Source of the DNA: a bacterium
Lineage (GTDB): Bacteria; Patescibacteriota; Minisyncoccia; Minisyncoccales; PWPS01
Assembly (NCBI GenBank): GCA_018400895.1
Contig: JAGYLR010000001.1
Span: forward strand, 1-41,561
Length of the DNA stretch: 41,561 nt
Reading direction: 5' to 3'
Positions 1-11,091 of this stretch are shown one piece after another. The translations under genes were made by a program, and so were the position numbers. Each line of letters starts with the position of its first letter. Positions within the stretch are counted from its first letter, which is position 1. The notes below the pieces were generated by a model. The model did not search any database. It saw only the letters and a list, made by a program, of their open reading frames with translations, and was not told the origin of the DNA.

Positions 1-500
1 ATTATGATAAAGGGACATTTAATATAATTGATGAGTATCAGGGTAATGGTAATGATAATCAGGGTGGTGATAATATATATCATTATATAGAAGTTGTTTT
101 AAATAAACCGTATAAGGCTGGACTGCACTTCGGTGATCCACAGTCTGGCGAACATCGTTCTTTAACTAGCGGAACATCTAACGCTAATATTTTAAGAAGA
201 CATGGGATAATTTTTAAAAGCCAAAAGACTAGCATTCGTAATCGTATAGCGGCTGCTAGGAATATATTAGGGCGTGTTCGTGTAAGCGAGCATTGTTTGC
301 TGACTAAAGAGATGTTTATCTCTTGGCAGTTTAAAAGACAGGCGACAGGGAATATGTCAAATCCGTTGCCAGACCATGGAGAGTATTCTCACTTAGGTGA
401 GGCATTTAGTTATTTTGCTTTTAACTATAGAGAGAGAAGCAAAAACAATAAACGCACTAAGGTTTATCGAGTTAATAATCTTAGTGGTGTAACATTATGA
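1..500 (+). CDS. terL: Terminase large subunit, C-terminal (nuclease) part; 5'-partial in the window, continues in frame from 40526..41561
   Basis: Frame 3 is open from base 3 to TGA 498-500 (the ORF track only lists its TTG-started tail 297..500). Joining 41561|1 gives ...AWDFGLDTTAIIWIQE-D-YDKGTFNIIDEYQG... in one frame. The stop overlaps the portal ATG (ATGA). Confidence 0.85.
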   Translation, partial: YDKGTFNIIDEYQGNGNDNQGGDNIYHYIEVVLNKPYKAGLHFGDPQSGEHRSLTSGTSNANILRRHGIIFKSQKTSIRNRIAAARNILGRVRVSEHCLLTKEMFISWQFKRQATGNMSNPLPDHGEYSHLGEAFSYFAFNYRERSKNNKRTKVYRVNNLSGVTL

Positions 501-2392
501 AACAAAAAAAAGAAGTACAATATAATGAGGACAGTAAGGTTGAGGAAAGATTTAGGGAACACTGGAATAAGTTTACTGATTATAAAACAAAGAGAGACCA
601 ACCTTTGCTGTTTTTTCAATATCGGAGTTTATTAGATTATGTAAAGGACTCTGTAGAGAGGATGAATGAGTATTCAGTTAAGCCTGAATATAAAGAGCCT
701 TGGCAGAATAATGTATTTGATCCTATTACTAGAAATAAGCTTATAACTATTTTGGCTAAGATTGCAGCATCTAGGATGAGGCCAGAGTTGATAGTTAAAA
801 GTAAAACTATATTTAATGTGAAGGCAGCCAGAAAAAGGCAGGTAGTGTTTAGTGATTTATTAGAGAATGCTAATCAAAAGAACAACGACCATAGACAGCT
901 TATCTGGGAGATGTTTCAAGCGATGAGCGAAGGTACTGTTATTGGTTATGAGGACTGGAAGAAGGATACTAGAGAGATAGAATATGTAAAAGAATATGAC
1001 CCTGAGACTGGTCAAAAGGAAACAGAGAAAATAACTTATGACGCTTGGGATGATGTATTTGGAGAGATAGTTCCTTTAAAGGAATGGTATCCTGAGACTA
1101 TTTGGGTAGGCAGCATTGATGAGGTGAAGAGATGTTTTAGGATTAAAGAGTTTGATACTTTGGAGAAATTTAAAGATATATATGGTAAGTTTAACAATGC
1201 TGATAAGGTTAAAAAAGCTAGTCATTATTATGGAGAGGATGAAACTTGGGATTGGGGCATAAGCAGTGATGTTAATCCTGAGGGCGTAGAGGTGATGCAG
1301 TATTATGATGAAGTAAAGGGTAAGCTTGGTATGTGGGCTAATGGTGTGGAGATATATTATGGTCCTATGCCTTGGAATCATAATAAAATACCTTTCTGGT
1401 TGACACCGTTTGAACCATTACACCCACAATTTTTATATGGAAAGTCATTGCCTGATAAATTAAAGGGGATGCAAGATATTAATAACGGTGTGTTTAATGC
1501 AATGTTAGACCAGTTATTATTAGCTCTAAACAGTCCTATATTTATAAATGGTAATTTAGATGATTTAGATGATGGCTACTTAGAGCCAGGGCGTATATAT
1601 AGTATTGACCCAGATGCTCGTGTTCAGCGTGGTGCTTTGGGTAATGTTGATCCAACGGCATTTAATATGCTTAATCTTATTAAGAGAAGTTTGGATGAAA
1701 GTTCAGTGTCAGCTCAGGCTCAAGGTATCCCTACTGGTGGTAGAAAAACTAGATATGAGGTTGAGGTTTTAAATGAAGGGGCACTTAATTTAGCAGGACT
1801 ATTTTTACAGATAATGGAAACGACTATACCGAGAAAATATTATTTGAGAATGTATAACATATTGCAGTATTATTCACAGCCGTCTAATTCTGAGAGTGGT
1901 AAGAAAAAGTTTAAGTTTATTAGAATAGAGGATAGGAAATTAAGCAATGGCAAACAGGGTAGAAAGCTTATACAGATAGTGCCATCATTAAATGAAATGC
2001 CTACTATGCCACAGCTACAACAAATAGCTGAAGCGGAAGAGGGTAAAAAGTTTGATGTTATGGAGTCTAATGTAGAGCCAGTTATCATTACTAGAGAATA
2101 TTTAATGAGTAAGGAATTTGATTTAGAAGTTATGATTATACCTAATAGTTCTGTAAAGGAAAGCGAGAGCCAGAAAAAGAGAAACGATGTACTGTTCTAT
2201 CAGATGACAAATCAGGATCCATACTTTGACCAGCTAGAAATTAGAAGGGGCTTAGCTAATAGCTTTGATAAAGACCCAGATGTTGTTCAGCAACCACAGC
2301 AAGCACAGGGGCAACCAGGGCAGGTGCCAACTGATGGTGGTGGTCAAGGCGGACCTAACCAAGCATTAAACATTGATACAGACCTTATATGA
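497..2392 (+). CDS. Portal protein (by size and position)
   Basis: Intact 631-aa ORF. Its ATG overlaps the terL stop and its stop overlaps the next ATG (2389). It lies immediately downstream of terL and has a Q/G-rich C-terminal tail. No motif-level proof. Confidence 0.7.
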   Translation: MKQKKEVQYNEDSKVEERFREHWNKFTDYKTKRDQPLLFFQYRSLLDYVKDSVERMNEYSVKPEYKEPWQNNVFDPITRNKLITILAKIAASRMRPELIVKSKTIFNVKAARKRQVVFSDLLENANQKNNDHRQLIWEMFQAMSEGTVIGYEDWKKDTREIEYVKEYDPETGQKETEKITYDAWDDVFGEIVPLKEWYPETIWVGSIDEVKRCFRIKEFDTLEKFKDIYGKFNNADKVKKASHYYGEDETWDWGISSDVNPEGVEVMQYYDEVKGKLGMWANGVEIYYGPMPWNHNKIPFWLTPFEPLHPQFLYGKSLPDKLKGMQDINNGVFNAMLDQLLLALNSPIFINGNLDDLDDGYLEPGRIYSIDPDARVQRGALGNVDPTAFNMLNLIKRSLDESSVSAQAQGIPTGGRKTRYEVEVLNEGALNLAGLFLQIMETTIPRKYYLRMYNILQYYSQPSNSESGKKKFKFIRIEDRKLSNGKQGRKLIQIVPSLNEMPTMPQLQQIAEAEEGKKFDVMESNVEPVIITREYLMSKEFDLEVMIIPNSSVKESESQKKRNDVLFYQMTNQDPYFDQLEIRRGLANSFDKDPDVVQQPQQAQGQPGQVPTDGGGQGGPNQALNIDTDLI

Positions 2393-2736
2393 TAAAAAGA
2401 TTTTTAACAAATATACTTATTAAATGGTATGTAAATAAGAACAGAGTTATAGAGAAAATGTTACCAGCTGATGAGCTTGATGCCTTCTTATTTAAAAGTT
2501 CTGATAGTGTAGAGAAGGTGTTAAAATATGAGATGACTAATCTGACATTGAAATATTTTGAGGCTAGTAAGAATGAGCAGGACTTTATAAAGGGAGCAGC
2601 ACTAGCTTATAGGTTATTGTTAGATAGACACAGAAAGGCTAAGTATTTACAAGATAATATGAAGAATAAAGATAACATGATTAAGATTTGGAATAATTAT
2701 AAATTAAGTAGTTGGAACGGATCCCAACCAAAATAA
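2389..2736 (+). CDS. Hypothetical head-module protein (115 aa)
   Basis: Intact ORF translationally coupled to the portal gene (ATGA overlap). No recognisable motif. Confidence 0.6.
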   Translation: MIKRFLTNILIKWYVNKNRVIEKMLPADELDAFLFKSSDSVEKVLKYEMTNLTLKYFEASKNEQDFIKGAALAYRLLLDRHRKAKYLQDNMKNKDNMIKIWNNYKLSSWNGSQPK

Positions 2737-2748
2737 TCCGAAAAATAT

Positions 2749-3486
2749 ATGTCAAACGAACCAAAAGTGGCAGAGGAGACAACTGCCAAGGAGACTAGTT
2801 CAACTCCTGAAGAAAACAATACTCAGGACAAAGTGGAAGAAACCACTCAAAAAAACGAGACTGGGGATGAGCAAGTTACTGTTTCTGCAAAGGAACTAGA
2901 AACTTGGAAAAAGAAAGCTTCAGATTTTGATGGGTTTGTCGAGAAACAAAGGTTAGCTAAACTTGAGAAAAAAAGAGATGAAATGGAAAATCAAGGGGGT
3001 GAGGCTAGTCAAGTTATACTCGATGAAATCAAATCTCTTAAAGAGGAAATAGGCGTTTACAAGAGTGAACGCAAAAAAACTTCTTTAAGTGAAGCTTACA
3101 AGGAATTCGTTAGTGAGCACAAATGGGCAGATAATGATGAGATTTTTTCTAAGATTAGCGAAAACTTTAAAGACATTGGAGACTATGATAAAGCCACTGT
3201 TTTAAAAGAATTAAAAAAAGCTGCACTTATGTCATATCCAGAAAATTATGAGAAAGCATTATTTGAAAAAGCAAAGACTGCATCTACTTTAGAAAATGAA
3301 AAGATTTCTACTGGAGGCAATTCTGGCGGCGGTAGTGAGTTCAAAGAATATTCTGGTGATGGTAATGTTGAATTAAAAGAAAGTGATAGGCGAATATTTA
3401 ATCGTATGAATTACAGAAGAAAAGCTCAAAATAAAAAACCATTAACTCCTAAAGAATTTAACGATCTTATTAATAATAAATTATAA
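2749..3486 (+). CDS. Scaffolding-like protein
   Basis: Intact 245-aa ORF between the portal and capsid genes. It is highly charged (E/K-rich), with an acidic N-terminus and coiled-coil-like composition (KELETWKKKASDF..., LKEEIGVYKSERKK). Confidence 0.5.
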   Translation: MSNEPKVAEETTAKETSSTPEENNTQDKVEETTQKNETGDEQVTVSAKELETWKKKASDFDGFVEKQRLAKLEKKRDEMENQGGEASQVILDEIKSLKEEIGVYKSERKKTSLSEAYKEFVSEHKWADNDEIFSKISENFKDIGDYDKATVLKELKKAALMSYPENYEKALFEKAKTASTLENEKISTGGNSGGGSEFKEYSGDGNVELKESDRRIFNRMNYRRKAQNKKPLTPKEFNDLINNKL

Positions 3487-3492
3487 ATTATA

Positions 3493-3990
3493 TGGCAAAA
3501 AATGATGTAAGACTACATTTCAATCCATACAATAGTTTACCAACCGTCACCGTAAAGGTACAAGACCAGACTTCAAGCTCTGATACTACTATTTATCCTG
3601 GTGAGCCTGTAAAAATTCTTGCAGGTCAAGGTGGAAACTATGCTGGACACCTAGTAAACTGGCGACCCTGAACTAGGAACTGATATCGTATTGTGGCATT
3701 GCAAAGAGCCAGTCAACTGAAACTGATACCGCAGACGGAGAAGTAGAGGTATACTTACCTTTACCTGAGTAATCTGGGCTTGTGATGCTCATACTTCAAC
3801 TAACCTAGCTGATGGTATCAGACTTGATTATGCACTTTGACTTAACTGGCACAACTTACACTATCAATGAAAACGAAGGAAGTGATGAGAATGTATACGG
3901 TCTAAGGATTATGGACTATAATTCAGACACTGGTGAAGTTCACTTCATAATCAAAATGAAGTTACTCTATTTGGAACTTCTGTTTAATAA
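3493..3990 (+). CDS. Virion (head-associated) protein, frame-disrupted as sequenced
   Basis: ATG at 3493 in AATTATATG context. MAKNDVRLHFNPYNSLPTVTVKVQDQ...NYAGHLVN is open to ~3655. The protein-like sequence then hops frames (TGDPELGTDIVL / GIAKSQSTETDTADGEVEVYLPLPE / VIWACDAHTSTNLADGIRLDYA / ORF-track 3812..4000). A likely end is the tandem TAATAA at 3985-3990. Confidence 0.45.
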
Positions 3991-4009
3991 ATTAATTTAA
4001 TACAAATAT

Positions 4010-4938
4010 ATGCCGATGACTAACAGTTTATCACCTAGCGTGGTAAAAACTGAGCTAGACGACGTATTTTACCAAGAATTTGAAAGAGGAATGCATCCTG
4101 GCTATGTAGACGCAATCTCCTTTAGTTTTTATGCAAGATACATCTGATAGTTCAGCAGAAATTCTCGAAACCTTTTAAAGGCGGCAGCTTTAGGGGAGAA
4201 AATCTGGTGGTAATATCCCTGAGGAATCAGCAAGAGTGATTAACTAAAAACATACTCAATGATTACTTTCGCTAAAGGTGTAGAGCTATCAAAGGAATTC
4301 TTTGATGATAATAAATATTCCGCATATGAACGCACAGTAGCTGACTTTTGCCTCGTAAAGCCAAAATTGGAAGAGATAAAAACGCTTTCAAAATCTTTAA
4401 TGGTGGATTTGATACCTATGTAACAGCTGACGACGCTTATATTTTCTCTGATAGCCACACAACTTTAAGTGGTGACACAGTTGATAATAAAGGAACTGCA
4501 GCTTTAGCTGAAAGTTCTTTAAATGACGTTTACATCGCTTTAGTAGAGCAGAAAGACCAAGCTGGTGAAGCATGGGTAATACAGTCTGAAACTTTACTAG
4601 TCCCACAAAACTCTTAAGACAGCTTGTGGAAACTGTAGAATCAGAATTCAAAAGCCGACACAGCTGACAACAACATTAATGTTTACTCTTCAAAGTATAA
4701 CATCTATGTAAAGGCAACTTAGAGACAGGAGCAGCCGCTGGTGGTTCAGATACTAACTGGTTCTTATTAGCTCGGAAATAAAGGTTCACGAGAGGGTAAG
4801 AGAAGGTTTATAACCTATCTAAACAACTGACTGATACTAAAAATCAAGCATACTTCTACGGTGGTCGCTTCCAGAGAAGAAGTAGGTGCTCAAGATTACG
4901 TTGGAATGTATGAGCTGATGTCTGCAATTAATAATTAA
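4010..4938 (+). CDS. Major capsid protein (HK97-fold type), frame-disrupted as sequenced
   Basis: ATG at 4010 follows the scaffold gene and one small gene. The blocks are MPMTNSLSPSVVKTELDDVFYQEFERGMHPGYVDA (to TGA 4145), GGNIPEESARVI, KTYSMITFAKGVELSKEFFDDNKYSAYERTVADF, RKAKIGRDKNAFKIFNGGF...SETLLVPQNS (ORF track 4348..4617) and ...AQDYVGMYELMSAINN* (stop 4936-4938). They sit in different frames. The EG..IP....KTY..T.FA.G..LS.E..DD.Y pattern is typical of HK97-type capsid proteins (from memory, not searched). Confidence 0.7.
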
Positions 4939-4975
4939 CTAACAAGGGTGAGAGTTGACGAGGCAGAGAGCCTTA

Positions 4976-5010
4976 GGTAAAGAAATTATATATATCTCAA
5001 TTCCTTTACC
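4976..5010 (+). promoter_or_regulatory. Stem-loop just downstream of the capsid gene
   Basis: GGTAAAGAAATT (4976-4987) pairs with AATTCCTTTACC (4999-5010): 12 positions with 1 mismatch and an 11-nt loop. No U-tract follows, so it looks more like an RNA-stability or attenuation hairpin than a classical terminator. Confidence 0.4.
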
Positions 5011-5018
5011 AAAAATAT

Positions 5019-5701
5019 ATGGCTACAACATTTTTCAGGTCCAGTAGACAGTGCTGCTGGATACGAAGTAAATGGAAACACAGTTATTAATTCAAGTGGA
5101 GAATTAGTAGCTTCAACAGGCGGAGAAAAACAATATGTTATTCTTTACCCTTCAACAAGTGCTACTTATGTAGGTTAATGCAGAAGACATTTCAGGAGTA
5201 TGATGTAGCAGATGCTACTGTTGCTAGAGCACAATTAGACTATCCTAGAAATTTACTTTATACTCCTTAACAGAGATGATGCTAGTGATACACTGGAAGC
5301 AACTCTTCACTGTAACTGGCACAGACCAATTTGGTGAAACTGTAATCGAAACTGTAGAAGTTGATTATAATGTGTTTCAGCAACTAAGCTGGAAACTCAA
5401 ATCTCTCAACTATTACTCAGTTGCTATTTCAGGCGTAGATAATGAAGCGGCTAGTGATACTGCTTCAGTCGGTGTTGCTATTGCTGCTGACGTTGTTTCA
5501 TTTGGATTACCAGATGCAATGGTGCTATTACAGATGTAAAAAGCATTAACTGATTGATACTTAGCTTCAAAAGCACAAAATATTGACGCAAACCTCTGTA
5601 GTTGTGGCTAGGGACTGTGAAGACCCGAGCAAACTGTGGCGGCTGCTGATGTTTGCGTAGTTAGATACGAAAGTATTTCTACTTTAATAACGCTTATTTA
5701 G
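5019..5701 (+). CDS. Virion structural protein, frame-disrupted
   Basis: ATG at 5019 in AAATATATG context. Fragments are SGPVDSAAGYEVNGNTVINSSGELVASTGGEKQYVILYPSTSATYVG, YDVADATVARAQLDYPRNLLYT, LNRDDASDTLEATL, TVTGTDQFGETVIETVEVDYN...GLPDA (ORF track 5276..5539) and ...AAADVCVVRYESISTL, in shifting frames. It is followed by hairpin GGAAGAG-N12-CTCTTCC (~5715-5740). Confidence 0.4.
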
Positions 5702-5807
5702 GGGAGAAGGGGGAAGAGCTTATTGCTCATCTCTTCCTATAATGAGATAATAACAACAGTGAGTTTATTAAAAACAAACAACAATGTAAATTAGTAGACA
5801 ATCAAGA

Positions 5808-7037
5808 ATGTCTACAAACACACAACGCTGAAAAGGTAACTGATAAATCAGCTCAGACTATTCAATTCTATTACTTCAGCACAGAACTCTTACAATAGAT
5901 GCAGGACAAGCCGCAGGAACGGTTGTAGTGGCTTCTACAGGCTATACAAACATCTTTTAAATAGTATTGGTTCAAAGGTAGCGACTATAAAGACACTTCT
6001 TTCGCTCTTTGTTACTGGGACAGTTTTAACTGATGGAAGTAGAACTTCCTTATAATATCGTAGAGCTTTATGAAGAAGATACCCTAAGCAATCTAGCAAC
6101 TAAAGTAACTGGAAGGATTCGCTAATGGAGAATATTGTATTGACTACGAGAACGGTATCGTTTATGGAAAGAAAGCCACTACTGAGTGTCAGACACTGCT
6201 AACTTCAAGATTTATGACAGCTCAGCTTCAGTAACTCTAGAAACATCTGACCTTCAAATTGAGCAGTTGAGTTTAAAGATGCTACCACACACATAGAGTT
6301 GTGGTAAATGAAAAAGGTGAACTTCAAGCACAGGTGGAGCTAGTTCAGTAATGGCTGAATTTACAAGCCCTTCTGACTTTAACGCCGAATACACTTCAAG
6401 TTCAACTATCACTCATCAGGAATACCTTTTACAGTAACTGACTAAGTCAAGTAGTTTACATTAAAAGAATTCCTACAACAGGAGAAGCAGAAACTTATGT
6501 TAATGGTGGTGGAGCTACCTTTAACTATTAGTTCAAATGTAATTACATAATCGCAGACGAAACACCCTTGAAAGCGGAGATGTTTATGAAGTAGGTTTTA
6601 AACTCACAAAGAAAAGCCTATGACCCTTCAACTAACTCTCAAAATGGTTACCCATTAAAGAATGTCTGGAATCAATACACTGACCCAGAAACTTTGAGAC
6701 AGTCAAGACCTAACAGCTTCACGCTGACTACGGAGCAGAGATTGATATGAGAGGTAATAATCGATTAGGAGTATTTATCGTGGCCGATGTAAATGGTGGA
6801 AGAAACAGACTCAAAAGACATGAAAAACACACTCTGGAGGAAACTGATGAATTTTTGACTTGGATGTATTGATAGTTATCTGGTGACTCGCCACTGGAGC
6901 AACTGACTCTCAAAAAAGCAATACACTTTGAAACAGACGGGACTGTTCCTTATATCCAACTACAAGCAAAAAGCAGGCACAGTTTGCTCCCTCCTGTTGG
7001 TGATTTAACTATCGTAATTACCAAGGCATTTGTTTAA
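5808..7037 (+). CDS. Virion structural protein (~410 aa), frame-disrupted
   Basis: ATG at 5808. Fragments are TLTIDAGQAAGTVVVASTGYTN, ELYEEDTLSNLATKVTG, IDYENGIVYGKKATT, ETYVNGGGAT, SQRKAYDPSTNSQ, DYGAEIDMRGNNRLGVFIVADVNGGRNRLK and GDLTIVITKAFV, ending at the tandem TAATAA 7035-7040. Function not recognised. Confidence 0.4.
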
Positions 7038-7051
7038 TAACTAATAAATAT

Positions 7052-7487
7052 ATGATTAATTTTAACCCAGAGCCAACAACTAGCACACCAGAGATTACAA
7101 GTGAAGTAGTACAAGCTATCTATACTTAATTAAAACTCTCATGGGTGATGTTGACAAGGCTTATAAACTAAAAGGAAACTCTGACTATGAGCCAGAGCAT
7201 TTCTCTCAAACCGCAGAAGAAGCTGAAAGGCTATTTAATGAAATGAATAGATACGCTAGTGGTTCTGTTATCTTAACAGAAGGCACACCAGCTGTTTACG
7301 GAGAAGATGGCGAGATTGGAAGTAGAAGCAGTAGACCCTGTTTACTACACCCTAACAACTGAAACAGATTTCAAAGCTCAATTCTCATCTGACCTTATTA
7401 GATATAATGAAGTCTACACAGACTGAAAGGTGATAGAACTTGGACACAAATAAAACTAACGAATAAAAACTATAGTGAGAAGCATTA
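7052..7487 (+). CDS. Small structural/connector-region protein, frame-disrupted
   Basis: ATG at 7052 (AAATATATG). MINFNPEPTTSTPEITSEVVQAIY, then ORF-track 7141..7362 (MGDVDKAYKLKGNSDYEPEHF...), then VDPVYYTLTTETDFKAQFSSDLIRYNEVYTD in another frame. The 3' end is uncertain. Confidence 0.35.
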
Positions 7488-9308
7488 GAAACAATTTACT
7501 CTAACTTAATCAAGAGAATAAGTTTTAGAGATGAAGCTAGCTTCTTAAGAGATGGCGGAGTTCTTTCAGGTGGTTATAGTTTTAGTAATGGTATTTAACC
7601 TTAGACGGAACAGATGGTAAGGCTACTTTGCCAATCGTTAGAGGATTAAACTCAATAAGAATAAGACTAAAAGCTAACTCAACTACTGAAGATATTATTA
7701 AATTAAGTTCTTCTCATTCAATATCAGTAAGCTCAGGGACAGTAAGTAAGTGACAGGTTTTACTTCTCCGACTATTTATATTGACGGTGAAGCTACCTCA
7801 CTCTAACAACAAGTAGCAAAGAAATCTTTAATTACAAACTGCAACAGCCTTGACGCTAATGATATTCAATTAGGTTATATTAGCTCTTATTTTGATGGGA
7901 CTGCCAGATTTATTTGAAATCTATAACCGAGCTTTAACAGACTCTGAAGTTAAAAACCCATATGAAGATAAATGGAATAAAGAACTTCTAAACATTAGCA
8001 AGACAAAACTTATATCCTTATGCAGGACCTTTCAGTTTCTGGCTGGAAAAGATAAAGGATAATACCGGCAATAATTATGGAGCCAACGGCGTTGGTCAAG
8101 CTCTTAAAGGAATTAGGTTTAGGCTCAGGTGCAGGACTTGGAACAGATTTAGTCGGTTTTTCATCTAAATTATCTGGCTTCCGCAATACTAGTGGTAGTT
8201 TCCTCAGTCTTTCTAGCCTCGCCTACTTCTGGTCTTCTACTCTACTACTACTGGTGTGGAGACGGTTTCTTGAGTTCTAGCTTCGGCTGTCTACCGCAGC
8301 GCTAGCGATAAGGGGATCGGTTTTTCTCCCTCTCGTTGCCTCCGAGATACCGATGATTACCTCAGATTTTTTACCGACCCAAGAGATGGTAATGTTTATG
8401 AAAGTAGTGTAAAAATAGGAACTCAAGTATGATGAAAAGAACCTTGTTTATTTACCAGAGTAGACTCCAGCAGGAGATTGGGACTCAACAGAAAACCCTC
8501 AATACGCTGTTTATGATTATACTGGCAATAAGTGTAGAAGATGCTAAAGCTACCACTAATTACCAAGAGCACGGTGTATTGTATAATTGGGATGGAGCTA
8601 TGGAAGCTTGTCCGATGGTTGGAGCGTTCCTTCAGATGAAGAATGGAATATCTTAGAGAAATATGCATGGGTAAAAATATCAGATAGCAACTTTGACTTA
8701 CTCTTAGACTACACAAGTTTACAAGGAACTATTAAAGACAGAACAGGAAAGAATAGTTTGACAAGTTCAGATGTTTCAATTAAAAAGATAGGTCAAAGCT
8801 GTGGTGCAGAATTCTAATGGTTCAACTTCAGGAATAGATTTAGTGTATTGGATAATACAGGAGTTAAAACCTTCTATGGCTGGTTTAAAGCAAGAACTAT
8901 CGGGGAAGGAAATGCTGGACATATTTATTCAGATGAAGATTATAATAATATTTTACTTCTTAGCTTCTAATACATTAAAGATAAGTAGGAATGGTAGCAC
9001 ATCAGCAACCTCAGCTTCTATTGATTTAAATAAAATGTATTTTTATGCTATTACATCTCAAGCAGATGGCACAAGTAATATTTATTTAGGAGATTTAAAT
9101 TCATCTCCAGCTTTGTCAGGTAGTGCTGACCAATCAGCAGGGAACTCCACAAGAAAGCTCAACAGCCACTCACATAGGAAAAGGAGCTAGTGACGACAGA
9201 TGTTTTGATGGCTTTCTGCCGACTTTATCTCGTGGTAGAGGGTTTGTTTGATACTCAAACAATCAGCCAAATCTGGAGGAGTCTAGAAAAATTATATTTA
9301 AAAGGTAA
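7475..9308 (+). CDS. Receptor-binding / tail-fibre protein with LamG-like and tandem FISH (Fibrobacter succinogenes major paralogous) domains, frame-disrupted
   Basis: LamG-type ends: IQLGYISSYFDG...DLFEIYNRALTDSEVKNPYEDKWNKE and CFDGFLP...TQTISQIW. FISH-type signatures: GFSSKLSGFRNTSGSFLSLSSLAYFWSST, GFS.S.RCLRDT, FTDPRDGNVYESSVKIGTQV (~8370), HGVLYNWDGAMEACP and GWSVPSDEEWNILEKY (ORF-track fragments 8077..8280, 8429..8656, 8587..8817, 8801..9190). The start is uncertain. Confidence 0.55.
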
Positions 9309-9313
9309 TACAT

Positions 9314-10352
9314 ATGAAAATATTTTTTAACGAAAATTTAAAAGGAACATTAATTGACTCAGTATCTAAAACTGCTGGAACTTTAACTGCTGGTAATGGT
9401 GGTTTTAAGAGGACTGAAAAAGGTCAAGCTATGTTGTTTGATGGCAAAAGACATATATTGATACGAACAGAAGCTATGCCATTCTTAAATTTAACTGGAG
9501 ATATAACTGTTATTTTATGGGTTAAACCTTTATTAGATAATATAACACAAAAAGGGTTTTTTCAACAGGAACAACTGCTATAGTGTGGTAATCAATTATT
9601 GTTCAGCTCTACAGATAAAAATATTATTTTATAGAGCTAGCAGGGTCTTCAGTAATGTCTGCATATAATGCTTATAAAAGTGGAGAAAATCTTGTGTAAT
9701 ATTGTAACCTCTACGGCAGATGGGTTACTAATTGGTATATTAATAACCAATTAAGCGGAGACCCAAATCAATCTGCAGGAACACCTGCAACAGGAAATCA
9801 AAAACTTAATAATCGGTTCTTTAGATGGAACTGCTAATTTTTTAAATGCGTATTTATATAAAATTGAATTTGATAATAAAATATTATCAGCTACAGAGGC
9901 TCAGAAAGAATACGAACAATTCCCTCCAGGCCTCACCAACCGAGAAAGAGATAAGAGGTTTTGAATATCCAGAAGATTACGCTGATAATAATGTTTTACC
10001 ATATTATAGAAGACTTTTCAACCACCCAGTAGGGAGATAATAACCCTGGGAAAGGATGGAATAAAGGCACAGGAGCATTTGTTATTGGTGAAGATGTTAA
10101 TGGAAAATACCTACAATGCACTTCAAATGGCACAATTAAACTAAGAGCAGACTTAGACTCTTTTACAGATAATGGTTATATTGAAATAGACAGATATGAT
10201 GGTTCAAGCTGGACTACTCACGCAGATACAGTTTCGGACTTAGTAAGCGAGAGCTGGTTTGATTGTCTTTAAATAAAGAAATAACCCTAACAGCAACAAC
10301 AGGAGATAGATTTAATAATCTAAACTATACAACGGAATTAAATTATAATTAA
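9314..10352 (+). CDS. Second LamG-domain tail-fibre-like protein, frame-disrupted after ~90 codons
   Basis: ORF track 9314..9583 (GQAMLFDGKRHILIRTEAMPFLNLTGDITVILWVKPLL is a LamG/concanavalin-like pattern). Further fragments are NQLSGDPNQSAGTPATGNQKL, YLYKIEFDNKILSATEAQKEYEQF (a LamG-type C-terminal motif) and GKYLQCTSNGTIKLRADLDSFTDNGYIEIDRYDGSSWTTHADTVSDL. Confidence 0.5.
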
Positions 10353-10361
10353 TACAAAAAT

Positions 10362-10558
10362 ATGAAATCATCAAAACAGTTTAGTCTAAACAGTATAGAC
10401 TACAAAAAGATTTTAACAGGAGCTGCATTGCTTGTTGGGTGCTTTAGCAACTTATAAGGGCTGATAGTTATCCCAGGTATTGACTTTGGAGTTTATACCC
10501 CAGTTGTAGTGGCAATTAACTCAATCTTAGTAAATGCTATTAGAAAATTTATAATAAC
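10362..10558 (+). CDS. Small membrane protein (holin-like candidate), frame-disrupted
   Basis: ATG at 10362. MKSSKQFSLNSIDYKKILTGAAL... then IPGIDFGVYTPVVVAINSILVNAIRKFI. It has two hydrophobic stretches, a small size, and a position ahead of other lysis-type genes. The holin call is inference only. Confidence 0.35.
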
Positions 10559-10569
10559 TAATAATACCT

Positions 10570-10852
10570 ATGGAGGACACCAACAACAACAGAATAAAGC
10601 CATAGCGATATACAGAAAACTAACTATATCTTTATGACTCAACATAACTAAAGAAATTAAGGAAGGTATTAATGATATTAAAACAGAAATAAACTGCATA
10701 AGACTTGATAGCAGAAAAGACTTGACGAACATATCAAAGAAAGTGATAAAAGATACGCAAGCAAAAAGACCGAGATAGCAGTAGAGAGAATTGGTTGGGT
10801 AATAGTATTAGGGAGTTGTTGGTGCTTTTTATTAACATTAGTAGTTAAATAA
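10570..10852 (+). CDS. Small protein with C-terminal transmembrane segment, frame-disrupted
   Basis: ATG at 10570. The charged central part (KEIKEGINDIKTEIN, HIKESDKRYASKKTEIAVERIGW) ends in a hydrophobic tail VIVLGSCWCFLLTLVVK* (stop 10850-10852). Confidence 0.35.
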
Positions 10853-10882
10853 TTCGTTCATTAAAATAAGCTAGAGGCTCAA

Positions 10883-11077
10883 ATGAAAACCAGAAATCGT
10901 CATCATCTGAAACCTCGCAGTAGAGGCGGACAGAAAATTGAAAGCAACTTACTTCTAATGGATATTAAGAAGTGCTAACGCCTGGCACTTACTCTTTGGT
11001 AATATGACTCTTAATGAGATTATATTATTCTAACAAGAATAAGAGATAAGTTAAAAGAAATCAGTATAAACACTTAA
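10883..11077 (+). CDS. Small HNH-family (His-Me finger)-like protein, frame-disrupted
   Basis: MKTRNRHHLKPRSRGGQKIESNLLLMDIKK, then in the next frame ANAWHLLFGNMTLNEIILF. The RHH..P.S.GG....N ... H..WH.LFGN pattern is recalled from small phage HNH proteins (memory, not searched). Confidence 0.45.
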
Positions 11078-11091
11078 AATTAGGAGGTTAA

